NCBI GenBank assembly: GCA_000934665.2
Contig: JYFJ02004324.1
Location: forward strand, 1 to 33,084
Source: Catajapyx aquilonaris
Taxonomy: Eukaryota
Direction of reading: 5' to 3'
Length of the DNA: 33,084 nucleotides
Positions 10,598 through 23,978 of the stretch are shown here, piece by piece; within the stretch, counting starts at the first letter, position 1, and the number at the start of each line of letters is the position of its first letter. Under the pieces are notes generated by a model that had not been told where the DNA came from, ran no database searches, and saw only the letters and a list, made by a program, of their open reading frames with translations. Both the position numbers and the translations under genes were made by a program.

Positions 10598-11807
10598 GTA
10601 TTATTGCAGTGTTTGATATGTGTAAAGTGCAGCATGTGCGGTGTGTAGGGACGTGCTCGCCACGCTTCCGAAGGGCTGGCGTGTTTAGGATTTTTTTTTT
10701 TTTTTTTTTCAAGGGCAGGCTGTGAAACCTCCCTCATGCTCTGCCTCGTTTACCTTTGGCAGTTGATGCAGTCGCATGTTTACTGCAATGTCGGGTGCTT
10801 TTGGCGCCTGATGCATCAAGTGACATAGGCTCATTCAGGTGTGCAGAATGGAGCAAGGAGCACTTGCATATTGCTGGATTTTGGGTGTCAAAATGTCCAC
10901 ATGAACTGACAAAGGTGGTTGGGTAGTGCGGATTGAGTTAGCGGGTAATATCTGGGTATTTAGGAGCTATTGTCGTACCTGGTTGCATTGTGTTGCCATA
11001 TGGTAGAGGATTATCATGTCATTGATTCAAAACGATTTTGAGGATTCCCATAATTTAATTAGGTTAGCATAAGTCTTTAGCACTTGGAAGTGATATGGTA
11101 GCATACAGTGCTTTGTATTTCACTCGAATTAGTTTTTTTACGTGCTGCTTTGTAATAAGTGTATGACAAGTCTGTCGACTATGAAATTGTGCTGTGAAAA
11201 CGTTTTTATAGATCAGGGTTTGTGATATAATTTATATGAGGCCCAGTGTCTACTTGGCACTGCAACAAATCCTTCCCAATAAATGGGCCTTCAGCCCCTA
11301 GGTCAAAAGCATTAAATAACAATGGAAAAATTTCATATTCCAACAGCAGTAATGAGTTTTCTTTAGTAGTAAAGTAGTATCATTAGGCCAGAGCAGGAAA
11401 CTGACCAACTACTACACTAGATCCCTGGCCTGTAATTTCCCAAATTTTGGGCCACATAGTAAAATGTGCAAATGTCGGTTTGATATGTGGTATCATTACG
11501 AACCTCGTTTAAATTGTATGTCATAATTGAATTGAAAATATACTTGTTAGAGCCAACTTTTGCTTGCCAAGGTTTAGTGGTTTTTCTGAGTTCACATAAT
11601 TCATAGTTTGTCTAGGATATGTGCATGGTGCCGAGTTGGACTGTCTGTCCAAGATATGAAGTGGGGCATATGGTATTCCAAGGTTTGGGACAAAAAAACA
11701 AGGACAAAAAAACATTAGAGAGATATTCGGGAGTGTGTGTTGCTAATGGAACACAAGGTTTAGGCAAATTAAATGTTTTAATGATACTTGTATGCGTGTG
11801 TGAAGTA

Positions 11808-11968
11808 CCGTCAGTTAAAGGAGTATCTTTCCAGACCAGGCCCAGAAATTAGCCTCCAGCAGAGGTGCTGCCTCCCCCTGTTGCAATAACTTGCACTCCC
11901 CTAGGCAGCACCTCGGTTGGAGGCTAATTTCTTGGACAGGTCTGGAAAGATGCTCCTTTAACTGACTG
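11808..11968. mobile_element. Palindromic TA-targeting MITE
   Basis: TA|CCGTCAGTTAAAGGAG ... CTCCTTTAACTGACTG|TA; arms about 65 bp. Confidence 0.85.
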
Positions 11969-12179
11969 TACACTTGAAAGAATGCAATATTGGACTACCT
12001 TGATGTTCTACCTTTTTATATCTTCTACCTGTGAAGTGAAGGAGGGGATATAATAAGGAGGCAGCACCTTGGCTGTGAAGCACTAAAAGTGAATGACCTT
12101 GACCTTCTTTCTATGCAACTGTTCAGCTGACATTCCCCAATATCACCTACTATAAAGGTCATATGTGAGGTAGAGGGTA

Positions 12180-12299
12180 CTATCAGTCCAACAAGAATTG
12201 TCGCAGCGGCATCGCACGAACTACAATCTACGAGCACAAGTATACGAGAGACTGTAGTTCGTGCGCTGCCGCTTGCGACAATTCTTGTTGGACACCAGG
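12180..12299. mobile_element. Small palindromic MITE
   Basis: GTCCAACAAGAATTGTCGCAGCGGCA / TGCCGCTTGCGACAATTCTTGTTGGAC arms; TA flanks. Confidence 0.75.
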
Positions 12300-12663
12300 T
12301 ACATATGGAAGCATGGCATGGCTCTGAATGCCCAGCAATGACCTTTGACTTCACCAATGTCTATCCTGACAAGTGCAGATACCTCCCTACATGCCCACAT
12401 CACTGGTTGCTGGGCCAGGCCGGTTTAGCAACGGTTTGGTAGTTTGAGCACATGGCCCTGTCAACCAGCGATGCAAGCATGCATGGAGGTATCCATCCAT
12501 TTCAGGATAGACACCATTGCCAGCCTTTCGGACCCATGCCATGCTTCTAAAATATGCATCTCCACCTGTGTAATTTTGGCAGATGAATTCATGAACACCC
12601 TGCATATATTGCTGTTTCACTAAGATATTAATGAACAAGTGCTGCTTGTATGTATGCTTAGTA

Positions 12664-12828
12664 CAGTGGTTTCCAACTGAGGGGTCACGAGCCTTGGTTC
12701 AAATGTGTATGCTTTCTGGAAAGGGGGCAGTTGTAGTGGGGCCGGGGGAGGGGAGGAAGGGAGGGGGGTCGCACATTTATGGAAACATGTTTAGGGGGTC
12801 GCAGTTGGTAAAAGGTTGGAAACCACTG
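12664..12828. mobile_element. hAT (Buster/Charlie-like) MITE
   Basis: TIRs CAGTGGTTTCCAAC / GTTGGAAACCACTG; perfect 8-bp TSD gcttagta. Confidence 0.93.
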
Positions 12829-12885
12829 GCTTAGTATGTCTTTGGGCAAAACCAGTTTTATCATATTAGGCTACTTGTCAATAAG

Positions 12886-13485
12886 GGGTAATTCCACCGT
12901 AACGGATGCAACACCTAAAAGGGATTCATACTGTACTTATATTTCTTGCAATGGCAAACGTTAATGGAAAAGGATTTTAAAAATTATTCCCATGTGGCTG
13001 CCTCCTGGTATCTTATTGTCATATTTTTAGAATTTCACAACAGTAACTTGAATGGACTCTGTAAAATATTAATTTAATGTCACTGACACAACATGAAAAA
13101 GGCAAGCTCTTTGGGGGGTGCTGTAGTGACATGAAACCCTGTGAGTTGAATGTGTTTAGAAGTAATGTTACAACTGATATGTGATCTACACTCTAGGAGC
13201 AATTTTGTGATTATTTTAGACCAGGCCTATTCATGTTCATATTTTCAGGAGAAATTAGGATTAACGTAACTGACGCAACAAACAGTTGGAAGTTGCTTCA
13301 GTTACGACTATTACATCTTGACTTTTCCATGGTTCTGCTGCGATCTGGTAGCAGAACGTTGCTACACCTACTTCATCTGACATAATGACATAATGACATA
13401 ATGATCGGTTTTCAATAAACCATCTACCACCCCACAATACGTGACTTCATTTTTGGATTATGCCTCGATTCCCGTGGAATTACCC
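12886..13485. mobile_element. TIR element with 4-bp TSD (Sola-like)
   Basis: taag|GGGTAATTCCAC ... GTGGAATTACCC|taag. Confidence 0.65.
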
Positions 13486-14016
13486 TAAGATCAAACTATT
13501 GCAAGATGCACCACATCTTAAAAATGTAATACAATAACTGTCCTTCTTGTGGTCCTGGCCTCAGAAGTAGTCGTGTTCCATGTGCAAACCATTGGCCGAG
13601 TCACTGGCTTGTTGCTGCATCTCACTGAGTTGAGGCAGGCCAGGGACGGGAAGATATCATCTTGCATGCTGTTATGCCTGTGGAGTAGAAGGTCAAACAC
13701 TCTTACCTGTTAAGGAATGCAGATGTGCCATGCCATTGGCAAGCCATGGTGACACTGACAAATCACTGTGAGAGGCAGTGTTTTCTTGCTGACCTGGAAC
13801 TGCTGTTTAAGTTCATGCTGAGTGTGTTCTGTGGATAGATTCACTTCTAGAAGGCTTAGGGCCCATTGTATGAACGTGAGTTATGGTTAACTACAGTTGA
13901 TGTAACTGGAATTAACCTTAACTCTTATTCACACCCCCTAAGCGAGCCAAAGGCTCGAGAATGGTGTAGAAAATAAAATAACTCCTATTCACATAACTCA
14001 CCTGTAGGCATGAATA

Positions 14017-14212
14017 CACTGTAAACCGCCAAACATTAAAAGAGCATCACTGGTGAGTCTCTCATGGAACATCAATTTTTAATGCTCTGCTGATGCTCTT
14101 GTGATGCTTTTTAGCACAGGAGCATCACAAGAGCATTAGAAGAGCATTAAAAATTGATGTTCCGTGAGAGACTCACCAGTGATGCTCTTTTAATGTTTTG
14201 CGGTTTACAGTG
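14017..14212. mobile_element. Palindromic CACTA/EnSpm-like MITE
   Basis: TA|CACTGTAAACCGC ... GCGGTTTACAGTG|TA; arms about 92 bp, 12-nt spacer. Confidence 0.88.
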
Positions 14213-14455
14213 TACGTAACTGCCCCCTGACTAATGCAGCAGCACCTGCTGTCATGAGGTTAGCCGTATCATGGGAAGGGGTTGATGTCCAGATCACATT
14301 TCAGCATTTATGAAGCTTCTGATATGCGGAATAATAATAGCATTAAAAGAGAAGCCAGACATGCTGAGGAGTGATTAAATGTCCCTGCGAAAGGATTTTA
14401 TGAGAGATCCTATTTCAAATTGTATGCTGTGTCTGATAACAGTGATGATAGGGAC

Positions 14456-15044
14456 GGAGTTGGCTTTACTGCCGTGTGGGAGGCGGGCAGGCGGCAGGGT
14501 GAGTGACGGCTGGGGGCACTGGCTGCGTCCGAAACAGCTAGTGTGCTGTGAGGCAGGCGGGCAGGAGAGCAGGCAGGCAGGTAGCAAGATGGCGCCAAGA
14601 GACGAGGTGGGAATTATGAGTTGCACATGTGCTCCTTGTGGACAGACTGCGTACGTGTATTATAACCCTGGTTAGTTGATTGGTGTTTAGTATGGAAGAT
14701 AGGTCCATATGGCTGAAGATAGGTCTGTATCCGTTGAAGATAGGTCCATATGGCTGAAGATAGGTCTGTATCCGCAAGCAAGGAAGTTTAGGTTAGGTTA
14801 GGTTGGTACAGCATACCACTTCCCCTCCCCCCACCAACATCTCGTATGTTTACCCTGAAGAAATGTCTAGACGCCAGGTATTTCGGGTTCCAGTTACACA
14901 TTTTCGGTGGTTCCTGTGGGAGCCGTAGCGAATGCGCCCTCTCAAAAAATCAATACTTCCCGACTGGACTGCGTTTCGGACGCAGCCACTGCCCCCAGCT
15001 GCCAGCCGCCCTGTCGCCTCCCGCATGCGAGTAAGGGCTACTCC
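14456..15044. mobile_element. Unclassified TIR element with internal tandem repeat and TTAGG tract
   Basis: ~80-bp diverged inverted repeats (...GGCTGCGTCCGAAAC / GTTTCGGACGCAGCC...); GAAGATAGGTC x4 at 14695-14766; (TTAGG)3 at 14788-14802. Confidence 0.6.
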
Positions 15045-15404
15045 TTCTGATAATAGTGCTTGTAACACAATGTTTCCTGGAGTTGCTAAGGGGTAAATGT
15101 TTCCTCGGAAGGATTCATGTTAGGATTGCATCTTGAATGCTATGCAAAACATACGATAAGAAAGAGAGTCATGATGACATTGCTGCACACTGTAGGCCTG
15201 ACGATGAGTGCAGGTGGTCAATGATTTGTCTCAACTTCTGATGACGTAACCCTTTCCCATTATTGCATCTGCCATAAGACATGAATATAGCCAATAAGAT
15301 CAGGTAGCTTTTCTTCCTAGTCCAGAGAAATTATTAGTCAAAAGTCACGTTGGAGCCTATACTAGCCTAGAAACTGGAATGGTTTAAATCAATAACTCAT
15401 CTGT

Positions 15405-15757
15405 TTTGGGGAGACGGAGTGGCGCCGCGGTAACGCGCGCGGCCACGGAAGTTAAGGTCCCGGGTTCAATCCCCACCCGGGGTTCCCACCTTCTTTCGTG
15501 CAGAGTTGGGCCATCTCTGGCTTCGTTTCGGGTGGCAATTTCCGGCAGACTAAGCCACCCGGGGGAGTTCACAAAATGACGATTAGAGACATTGCACTTG
15601 CACTTTGCACATCCCCTCCCACCCACCCTTGGAGCATACTAATTAAGATTCTTCTTAAACTCGCTCCAAAAACAATTCCAAAGGTGGCAACCCACCCCCC
15701 CTAAGGAGTAGTATAACTCCCCCCGTGGGGTAATGAAAAAAAATAAATAAATAAATA
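15405..15757 (+). mobile_element. tRNA-derived SINE with (AAAT)n tail
   Basis: A box TGGCGCCGCGG, B box GGTTCAATCCC, TSD aactcatctgt. Confidence 0.88.
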
Positions 15758-16608
15758 AACTCATCTGTGCATGCACTTTTTGCTTATCCCAATTTTGCTA
15801 TTTTTGGGGGCTAAAGGATCTTGGCAGGATCTGTTTCAGCTCACAGCATGCTACTTTTTAGCCAGGTTGTTCCAAATAATATTACATTTATGAAATGAAA
15901 GTGAAACTTAGTTTGGGTCTAAGCAGACCAAAACCGAGAAATAAAGATTTGATAATTTCAAATCTAGAATATTTTCAAACTTCGAATGGCCAGAGAAGGT
16001 GTTAGGAGCATTTGAGAATGCTCATTTAATTTTTTAAATGGCAATGATAAGAGCAGCTTTAAGCTTTGCATATTGTTCATCAAAATTGACGTGGAGTTAA
16101 TGTGTGTAACTTATTTCCCATTATATACCACCCCTTTTGAAGGGTTGCCACTTGGTGCAACAAGTATTATATATAGAATAGGTACTTATTTTACGCAGTT
16201 TCATAATAACGCCGTTTGAAAATGACTTAGAATTTTTTAAATGAAAAATTGTGAAGTATTTGATGATAGCAACACAATCTGAACATAACACATCACTTCT
16301 GAGTCCAAACACACCACCATAAATGCTCTTTTTTGTTTTTCGTGGTGCATTTTGGCGAGGTCCATTGATAAATGCAGTATTTTATTGTTGGTCTCAGCAC
16401 TCCCAATGTCTGCTAAATACCCTACATCTGCTGCAGTTCTTGCCAAAAGAAGGGAAAAGAGGCCTCAGAACCCGATGACCCTCAACCTGGAACCTCCCAT
16501 TAAATGTGGATAATAAATGTTTAAAAACTCCACATTAAAAACAGCAATTTAAGTACTGTCTGAGGGAAAATTTTTGAAATCTTGTTCCACCTCATTTACT
16601 TCCATTAT

Positions 16609-17503
16609 CCTCCTGAGACCTGGTGTCGACATATGTCAACATCAGCAAAATATTTTTTTGGTGCCAACTAGTGATGCCAACAGAACTGTAATATGTTGGT
16701 ATCCCATGGTTACAATCTGGCCTCAATAGGTGTAGCCACCTAGTGTCGAATATCTGACTTGGGTCGCGAAAATTAAATCGCGGATAAAATGGCGGATTCC
16801 GCTGCTGAAGCTAGGCGCTCATCTGATCAGTTTTATTTTTTACTCATATTTAGAATGCGATTTTCGCAATGCAGTGAATGTCCTGGGGTTCGCAAGGAAT
16901 GTGTATTAGGACGTACGAAAAGGTGTGTCTGTGACAATCTTTGTTGCTGTAGAGAACTGGTAATTTTCTTTTCTTCCTGAGACCAAATGCCCATTTAAGT
17001 GGACATCCGAAAAATGGCATTTTTAGCTGAATGGGTGTGACTTTTCTTTACGTGCCTGTACCTATACACCCATAAGGAAGTGTGTTTTTCACTATGCAGT
17101 TCAGTTTTAAAATCTAGAATAGCAAGGTACCACTCTAGCTGGTAAGAAGGGAAGTAGCAAGCCCCATACCTGGAGTGGTGGCATTCAAAAATAATATCAT
17201 TTATCTTTAATTGTCTTCTGAGAGGAATTACTACCACAAATTCCACAAATGAATTTAAAAAACATTGTTTTGAGGATAGAGCACAATGTGAGTGTTCCAT
17301 TAAGTGGTATTTATATTTTCAGCTTTCATCCGTTCTGCTTTTGTAGCACCAATTGGGTCCTAATATTCTCATTAGTTGTTTGTCGCCATTTTTGTCGATA
17401 TTTTAAAACTAAATTTTTTTTCTCGTTTCTTATTGGGAACATGTTCAGAAAATGCTATAGGAACTGACATAGCGTTAAAAAATTCTTCTCATGTCTCAGG
17501 AGG
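16609..17503. mobile_element. Degenerate piggyBac-like MITE
   Basis: CCTCCTGAGAC ... GTCTCAGGAGG termini; flanks ttat/atat (decayed TTAA); internal TCCTGAGACC repeat. Confidence 0.55.
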
Positions 17504-17615
17504 ATATCATTTTGTCTCGTTTTATGCCTTTTCACTTTATGCCACTGTTTGGCTGGAACCAATTAATGGCGTAAAACGAGTACCTCCTGTAATTGTTGAG
17601 TAGAAAACATATTTA

Positions 17616-17859
17616 GGGCCTGTTGCATGAACACAAATTAAGGGCCGATTTCACCAAGCTCGGTATATGATAAAAACAGGTTTCTTTCAGAAAATCCATG
17701 CAAATATGTAGGGATTTTCCGAAAGAAACCTGGTTTTATCACTTACCGAGCTCGGTGAAACCGGCCCTAAGAAGCAAATATCTGATTGTCAGATTTTGTA
17801 TTATGAATGCCTTTGCATAATAGGAGATTTTGTCTAATTCTCTTTCATACAACTGGCCC
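17616..17859. mobile_element. PIF/Harbinger-like MITE (outer)
   Basis: TTA|GGGCCTGTTGCATGAA ... TTCATACAACTGGCCC|TTA. Confidence 0.8.
17642..17767. mobile_element. Palindromic PIF/Harbinger-like MITE (nested)
   Basis: TAA|GGGCCGATTTCACC ... GGTGAAACCGGCCC|TAA. Confidence 0.88.
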
Positions 17860-18675
17860 TTAGTGGACAATGTGCCACTTAACCCTTACAGTACCACCAT
17901 AAGGAAATTGCTCATGCTCAACAAATGGAAATGATTTGCTTGTGAGGACTTGTAACTGTACTGAAACGTTACTCCACACTTCTATTGGCTACATGCTCAC
18001 ACAAGTTCATGTCATTGGCTGCATGTTCTGCTGTGTGGAGGAAGCTCCAATTGTGGACAGAGCAAAGATTAATATGTTCCAGTAGGGAATCTGAGGTGCA
18101 GAATGAAATCTTAACAATAACTGGAATATGAAAACCATTTTAATCTGTTACAGCTAGGGCTTTAAAAATGATGGCATGTGATATGGTGGAAGTTGTGTCT
18201 TGGAATTTGTGGGTAATTTAGATTTAGTTTATGTCTATGAAAGCTCATCATAAGCTCATGTTATTGTGTTCTTAGGGCTGGTTGTATATACCAATGCTGG
18301 ATTTAGTAAATGGAGATCAGATACATTTAGAATCTCAAATGTGGGTGATCTCTATTTGAAGGGGGAGGAAGAAAAGAATTGCACCTGAGAGTGTCAAATA
18401 GAAATAGGATGCTGAAATCTCGTGCTAGTGCAGCTCGCCAAGTGTCATGAAATTTATATCAGAATGTAATCGTAACTTGGTGTCTGAGGTCATTAGTCGA
18501 CAAAAGATCAGTGAAACTGTCATATGCATTAAGAAACATTTTGAGGAACTTAAACTGATTTTCACAGTTCAAAAGCCAATGTGGGGGATTATACATATTG
18601 TAGAACTCTTTGGCCCCACCATTCCGGACCCCAGTATCTGCATATTTGCAATTTTCACAGGGATATGTACTAAAT

Positions 18676-18923
18676 GATGGGTGTGGTGGAAAAACCGTGC
18701 AACACTCATTTTTGTAATTTTTCACCTGAACACCTAGCAACTATGTAAAAGACATGACAAACAGTTTGGTATACTCCAAGTTCACGTATCATGCATGAGA
18801 TGGCAACACTGACTAGATCAAAACCTGCATTCCCTATGATTTGTGATAAGAGGGCAAACTTCAATTTGCTCTCCTGAAAAATTACACTTTTGAGGGTTGT
18901 CACGTTTTTCCACCACACCCCTC
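18676..18923. mobile_element. TIR element (Sola-like)
   Basis: ~33-bp TIRs GA(T/G)GGGTGTGGTGGAAAAAC...; flanks aaat/aagt. Confidence 0.65.
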
Positions 18924-19196
18924 AAGTGCGTTCTACGTGTATATGAGTAAGGTCACGAAGTAAGGTAGATACTGGGCTTTATTGACATAAATAATTCTCC
19001 TTCCACTGACCCAAGACATCTGGTTTTTTAAAAATGCATGCAGTTCATCCTGGTACCTACATCATGTTCATAGCTCAATTTCCTGTCTCAATTTTAATGA
19101 GCCCAAAATTATCCCAATTGAACTGCATCAAAAACCCTGGTAAATAAATTATTTCACTTGTTTTCATTTGTTCCACCCGCATAGCTGCTGGTAATA

Positions 19197-20589
19197 CAGT
19201 TGAATCCGGATATAACAGACTTCAAGGGACTGCGGAATAAGGTCTGTTATAGCCAAATCGCCACTTTTTCAATGAATACGTACACAAAGTTTTCTGCTTT
19301 ACATATACGTATAATGCACCATACTGCATACTGATTAATGAAACTCCACGAAAATGCCAAATCAGCCAATCCATGACTTAGGCGGGACCAGCCCCTGGAC
19401 ACTTCTATCCCAGCACAATAGAAAAGGCCGATCCGTTATTCCTTCCCGCAGCGGCGCTAGTAAAAACAATGGAATCTCGCTGTGCGTGTCGTTCATTCGC
19501 CATAACAACTAGCGACCCTGTCGGTACAACCCATCAACAGCACTTATGGAATCGATTTTGCATACCGGTATCACCATCGGCAGGTATCGATAGCCGATAG
19601 GTATCCATCGGTATCCGTTGTGATCACGGTCTCGCGACCCTGGAGAACACTCGATTTGAATTGGCGGTCCGTGGACGATTCCCCTCCCGATTACTACCGA
19701 TAGCGTATACCAAGATGGCCGCAATATGGAGATCCTCACATCATGGCTACCTCCAGTCAGCGCCACGGCGGGATTGAGTAACGGATCGCAAGATGGCGGG
19801 GAGTTTCCCGACCTCTCCTTCTAAGACCGTGGGCGGGACCAAAAAATCTGTCATATTCTCCTGCCTTCTTGTTATTGCCTAATATACAGGGTGGTCATGG
19901 TAACTCTGGCAAAAATCACAGGGTGGGTAGAGGCCCCATAGTCAAGCATTTTGGGCTTAGGTACCCATGTCCGGAAATGCCCCCATATGGGGGTACGGCT
20001 GTTTCCACCTTTAGTATGTTGCGCCTGGTGGGTAAGCAACCCATCATACTCGAAGGTTGCATTCATGAGGTATTGCACTTGACACTGGCAATTGTTTTCA
20101 CCTTCGTCTCCTCCACACGCGACTCACCTGATGAACGCAAGCTTCGAGTGCGATGGGTTGCCTAACCACCAGGCACAACATACTAAAGGTGGAAACAGCC
20201 GTACCCCCATATGGGGGCATTTCCGGACATGGGTACCTAAGCCCAAAATACTTGACTATGGGGCCTCTACCCAACTTGTGATTTTTGCCAGAGTTACCAT
20301 GATCTCCCTGTATGCCAGAAAAAGAATTATTTTGACCTTTTCTGCTAGTGTTAGCTGGGAAAATCACCCCTGCTTCAGTATGCAATGGTTTCTTCACATG
20401 GGAAAGGAAGATGAGTGATCAAAAACATCATATTTTCTACCAGGGGCCAAAAAATGGTCTGTTATAACTGACATGAGGTGAAAATAAGTGTTATATCAGG
20501 AGTAAAAATTCACAGGGCCTTATGGAAGTATGCCGGGACCGGATTTTCAAGCCTGTTATAGTCGAGGCTGTTATATCTAGCTTCAACTG
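19197..20589. mobile_element. pogo/Tigger-like non-autonomous element
   Basis: TA|CAGTTGAATCCGGATATAACAG ... CTGTTATATCTAGCTTCAACTG|TA; GGGAC and TGTTATA subterminal repeats. Confidence 0.8.
19887..20310. mobile_element. Palindromic Tc1/mariner-like MITE nested in the previous element
   Basis: TA|CAGGGTGGTCATGGTAACTCTGGC ... GCCAGAGTTACCATGATCTCCCTG|TA; arms about 180 bp. Confidence 0.9.
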
Positions 20590-21189
20590 TATAATGGGAA
20601 TAGTGGGCACATTGATGAGGGTGCAAAAAGCTACACAAAAATAACAGATTTGGACAAAAGGACCCCAATACTTGGAACGTGCTTCTCAGTCTGCCATTTT
20701 GCATCAATGTTGTTGTCATATCACAACTGCATGGTTAAATAATAATGATAATGCAAAAACCATGTGGTAGGCTTGTGGCATATTAGGGGATCGTTTATTA
20801 TACCTGGCATGATTCAATGACTGCACTGCTGATAGATTTTTATAGTAGGAGGAAACGGAAGCACCAAACCGGAGGGTATACGTGGTGATGAAAATGGACT
20901 GATATCTGGCTGCACTGGCATATAGGCTACTATATCATGAACTGAAATGGAATGACCTTCTCTCCCTCTCTCTTCCCCCCCCCCCTCCTTCCCCCAATTA
21001 AAGAGTGAGGATATGTATATTCCCAAACATGCTTGCAACTGCACCCCACTCTCTGCAAGGAATGGTTACATTTTTACATTTATTTTAAAATCAAGGTCAT
21101 TTTACCTTTTTGAACTGTTTGATATCTATTATTTTTTTGCTGCAGAGGTGATGTTACTTATTACATATGACATTATGAAGACTTGATAA

Positions 21190-21477
21190 CAAGGACGAGG
21201 TATCTAAGGACTGGCCACTCCCCCTCTTATTTTGCGTTCGGTGGGAAACGGGGAGGTTATGCACTCTGGAACCACAGGTGGCGCGCTAATCAGGGACTAG
21301 ACCGAAGGGAAGCACATCGCGTAGATGCCATCAATGACTAGTTGACTTGTTCGATAAGGATGCGTGTCCTCTTCGACCGAGTCAACTAGTCCTGTGGTTC
21401 CAGAGTGCATAACCTTCCCGTTTCCCTCCCAACACGATAAGAGGAGGAGTGGCCAGTCCTTAGATATCCAGTCCGTG
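21190..21477. mobile_element. P-element-like MITE
   Basis: CA..TG termini, ~90-bp inverted arms, 8-bp TSD cttgataa/gttgataa. Confidence 0.75.
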
Positions 21478-21500
21478 GTTGATAAATACCCCTCCCAATA

Positions 21501-21742
21501 CAGGGTGTTCCAAGTGCGTCTGTCGTTTTTTTAGTTCTTACTAATATTGTCCGAAGTAGTTAATTTTTGTGTAGCTTGTGTGTTGTGCGCTGAACCAGGC
21601 GCCTCAGTACCATCAGGTGGTTGAATGCAGAAGTTACTATAGAATAGGGCACCTGGTTAGGGGTGTGACAAGCTACAAAAAAATAACAGCTTCGAGCAAA
21701 ATTTCCCATAGCTAAAAGGACTAATATAGTTGGAACACCCTG
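21501..21742. mobile_element. Tc1/mariner-like MITE
   Basis: TA|CAGGGTGTTCCAA ... TTGGAACACCCTG|TA. Confidence 0.8.
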
Positions 21743-22606
21743 TATGGCTGTTAAAAAAAAAAAGCGAACTTTTTCTATACAGACTCGATTGCTCAATTTG
21801 CAACATTTTAAGCACTGTCCCCTTCAAAGTAGTTCCGTCTACTGGTGATAGACAGTTTTTAATATTTTCTGTCATTGTCGGAATGCTTCCTGGAAAGCAC
21901 TTTCTGTGATAGCACGCAGTGCTCTTGTCGAATTGTCCTGAATCACCTCTATGGTTCGGAAATGACGTCATTTCAAATTCGTTTTAAGTTTTGAATAGAG
22001 CAAAAAGTCTGCTGGGGCTAAGTCTGGAGAATAGGGTAGATTGGCACAACGGATGTCTGATGTTTTGCCAGATAACTGATGACAAGGAGCGATGTGTCTG
22101 GCTTTCCCACAATAGGCCTTTCCTGGGCACAGTTGCCCTCGAACGCACTAAAACATTCTGGTACAACACTGTTTGTCTGCAAATCTGACAACATGGTCCA
22201 AATTCATAAAGAAAAATGCCTTTCCAATCCAAAAACACAACCCACATCACCTTGATCTTTGACCGACTTATCTGTGCCTCTTTTGGTCGAGGAGACCCTT
22301 CCCAAGTATGCTTGGTAAAGAAATGGAACTGTCTCGGAAAAATTTTTACCTATTTATTAGCGAAATCACACAAACACTTTGTTTTTCAAGCTCGCTCATT
22401 TTCACTTTCTCACTAATTCGAAGAACAGCTTGTCATAGTGCTCACTTAAGTGGATGTATCTCCATGACCAGTGGTCATAGTGGAATATGGCAAATGTCAA
22501 TTTGTTGTCAAAACATGTCTCTAGGTGCTGTCAGTAGCCTCAATACGCTCTTTGTGCCGGTTGAGGCCCTATTTAAAAAGTTTGGTTTATTTTTGAACAG
22601 CCCTCG
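21743..22606 (-). mobile_element. Decayed, internally deleted mariner transposon
   Basis: TIR TA|CGAGGGCTGTTCAAAAA at the right end and a partial one at the left; minus-strand remnants VFLDWKGIFLYEF and PYSPDLAPADF (22000-22037), frameshifted. Confidence 0.9.
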
Positions 22607-22620
22607 TATATTTCAAATAA

Positions 22621-22854
<234 letters not shown>

Positions 22855-23099
22855 TAGACCAGTGAATAATGCTAACTAAACAAATAGGGAATTTGTAGGC
22901 CTACTGTAGCCTGCTGCCTTTTTTTTACTCTCCAGAAATGAAGATTGTTTGTGGCAAAGGTGCACAATAAGGTTAATGAAACATTGAAAGGTAGAATTTC
23001 AATTGTGACAAGCAAATGAGATGCAGGGGGCAACATATTGCAAATTTTCAATATATTTGGAATATCTTGGCGTCAGGAGTTAAATGGAATTTGCTGATA

Positions 23100-23965
23100 C
23101 AGTAAAACTTCAATAAGTCTAATCTCCATGGGAAAAAACTTCGAGTTATAGAAGATTTGAGTTAGAGAAGTTTGGATTTTTTAACCCTTAACTAGTGACC
23201 TGGAAAATCCTAACACTCATGGTGACCTGGGGTGTTTAAAGACCCCAGGGGATTTTTTAAATATAAATTGCCTTTAATGATAAATATTTGCTTTTTAATT
23301 CTTTTACACAACACCTGCAACTGTTTTCTACAATTTGATTTAATTTTCAACTCTCTAGCTGCCATAGAACGGAATTTTAAAAAATCATATACCTAACCAT
23401 GCAATATTTTCATAACAAAAAAATTGCACCTGGGGTCTTAAAAGACCCCAGGTCACCAGTTAAGGGTTAAAGCCCATTACTCTATAAGGAAGCCTACCGT
23501 TATATCCAGCGACGAAAGGTGTTCAAAACTTGTCACTATCACACACAATGTTCCTCGTTATTTTGTTGTAAAAGAAATCTCCGTTATGGACATTTGCCTA
23601 GACTCTTAGATTCAAGGATTCAATTGTCACAATTGAGTCAAACACTTCATTTGGTACATGTGGTAGATGGAGATCAGGATATTGAAGCATTTCTGTATAT
23701 GTCTACTCTTGACCCTTCGGCTGGGAAATGAGAAAATTTTCCGTACTCGCCAACATGAACTTCGACTTAGGGAGACTGAAAATGCATTGATATCCCATGG
23801 TAAGGCCCTGCCTGCACTTCGAGTTATGGAGAACTTCGAGTTGTAGAAATTCGTGTTAGGGAAGTTTATTTCCTATTATTTTACATTGTGACCAACCAAG
23901 CTCGTCATTTTCTTCGACTTATAGAGAACTTCGACTTAGGGAAGTTCGACATAGAGGTTTTACTG
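23100..23965. mobile_element. pogo/Tigger-like MITE
   Basis: TA|CAGTAAAACTTC ... GAGGTTTTACTG|TA; repeated TTCGAGTTA/TTCGACTTA subterminal motifs. Confidence 0.85.
23185..23466. mobile_element. piggyBac-like MITE nested in the previous element
   Basis: TTAA|CCCTTAACTAGTGACCTGG ... CCAGGTCACCAGTTAAGGG|TTAA. Confidence 0.9.
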
Positions 23966-23978
23966 TATTTTAATATAA

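Noticed and set aside
14695..14773. CRISPR-like repeat-spacer pattern (GAAGATAGGTC x4)
   Set aside because: Eukaryotic context, the spacers themselves repeat, and there are no cas genes; it is a simple tandem duplication.
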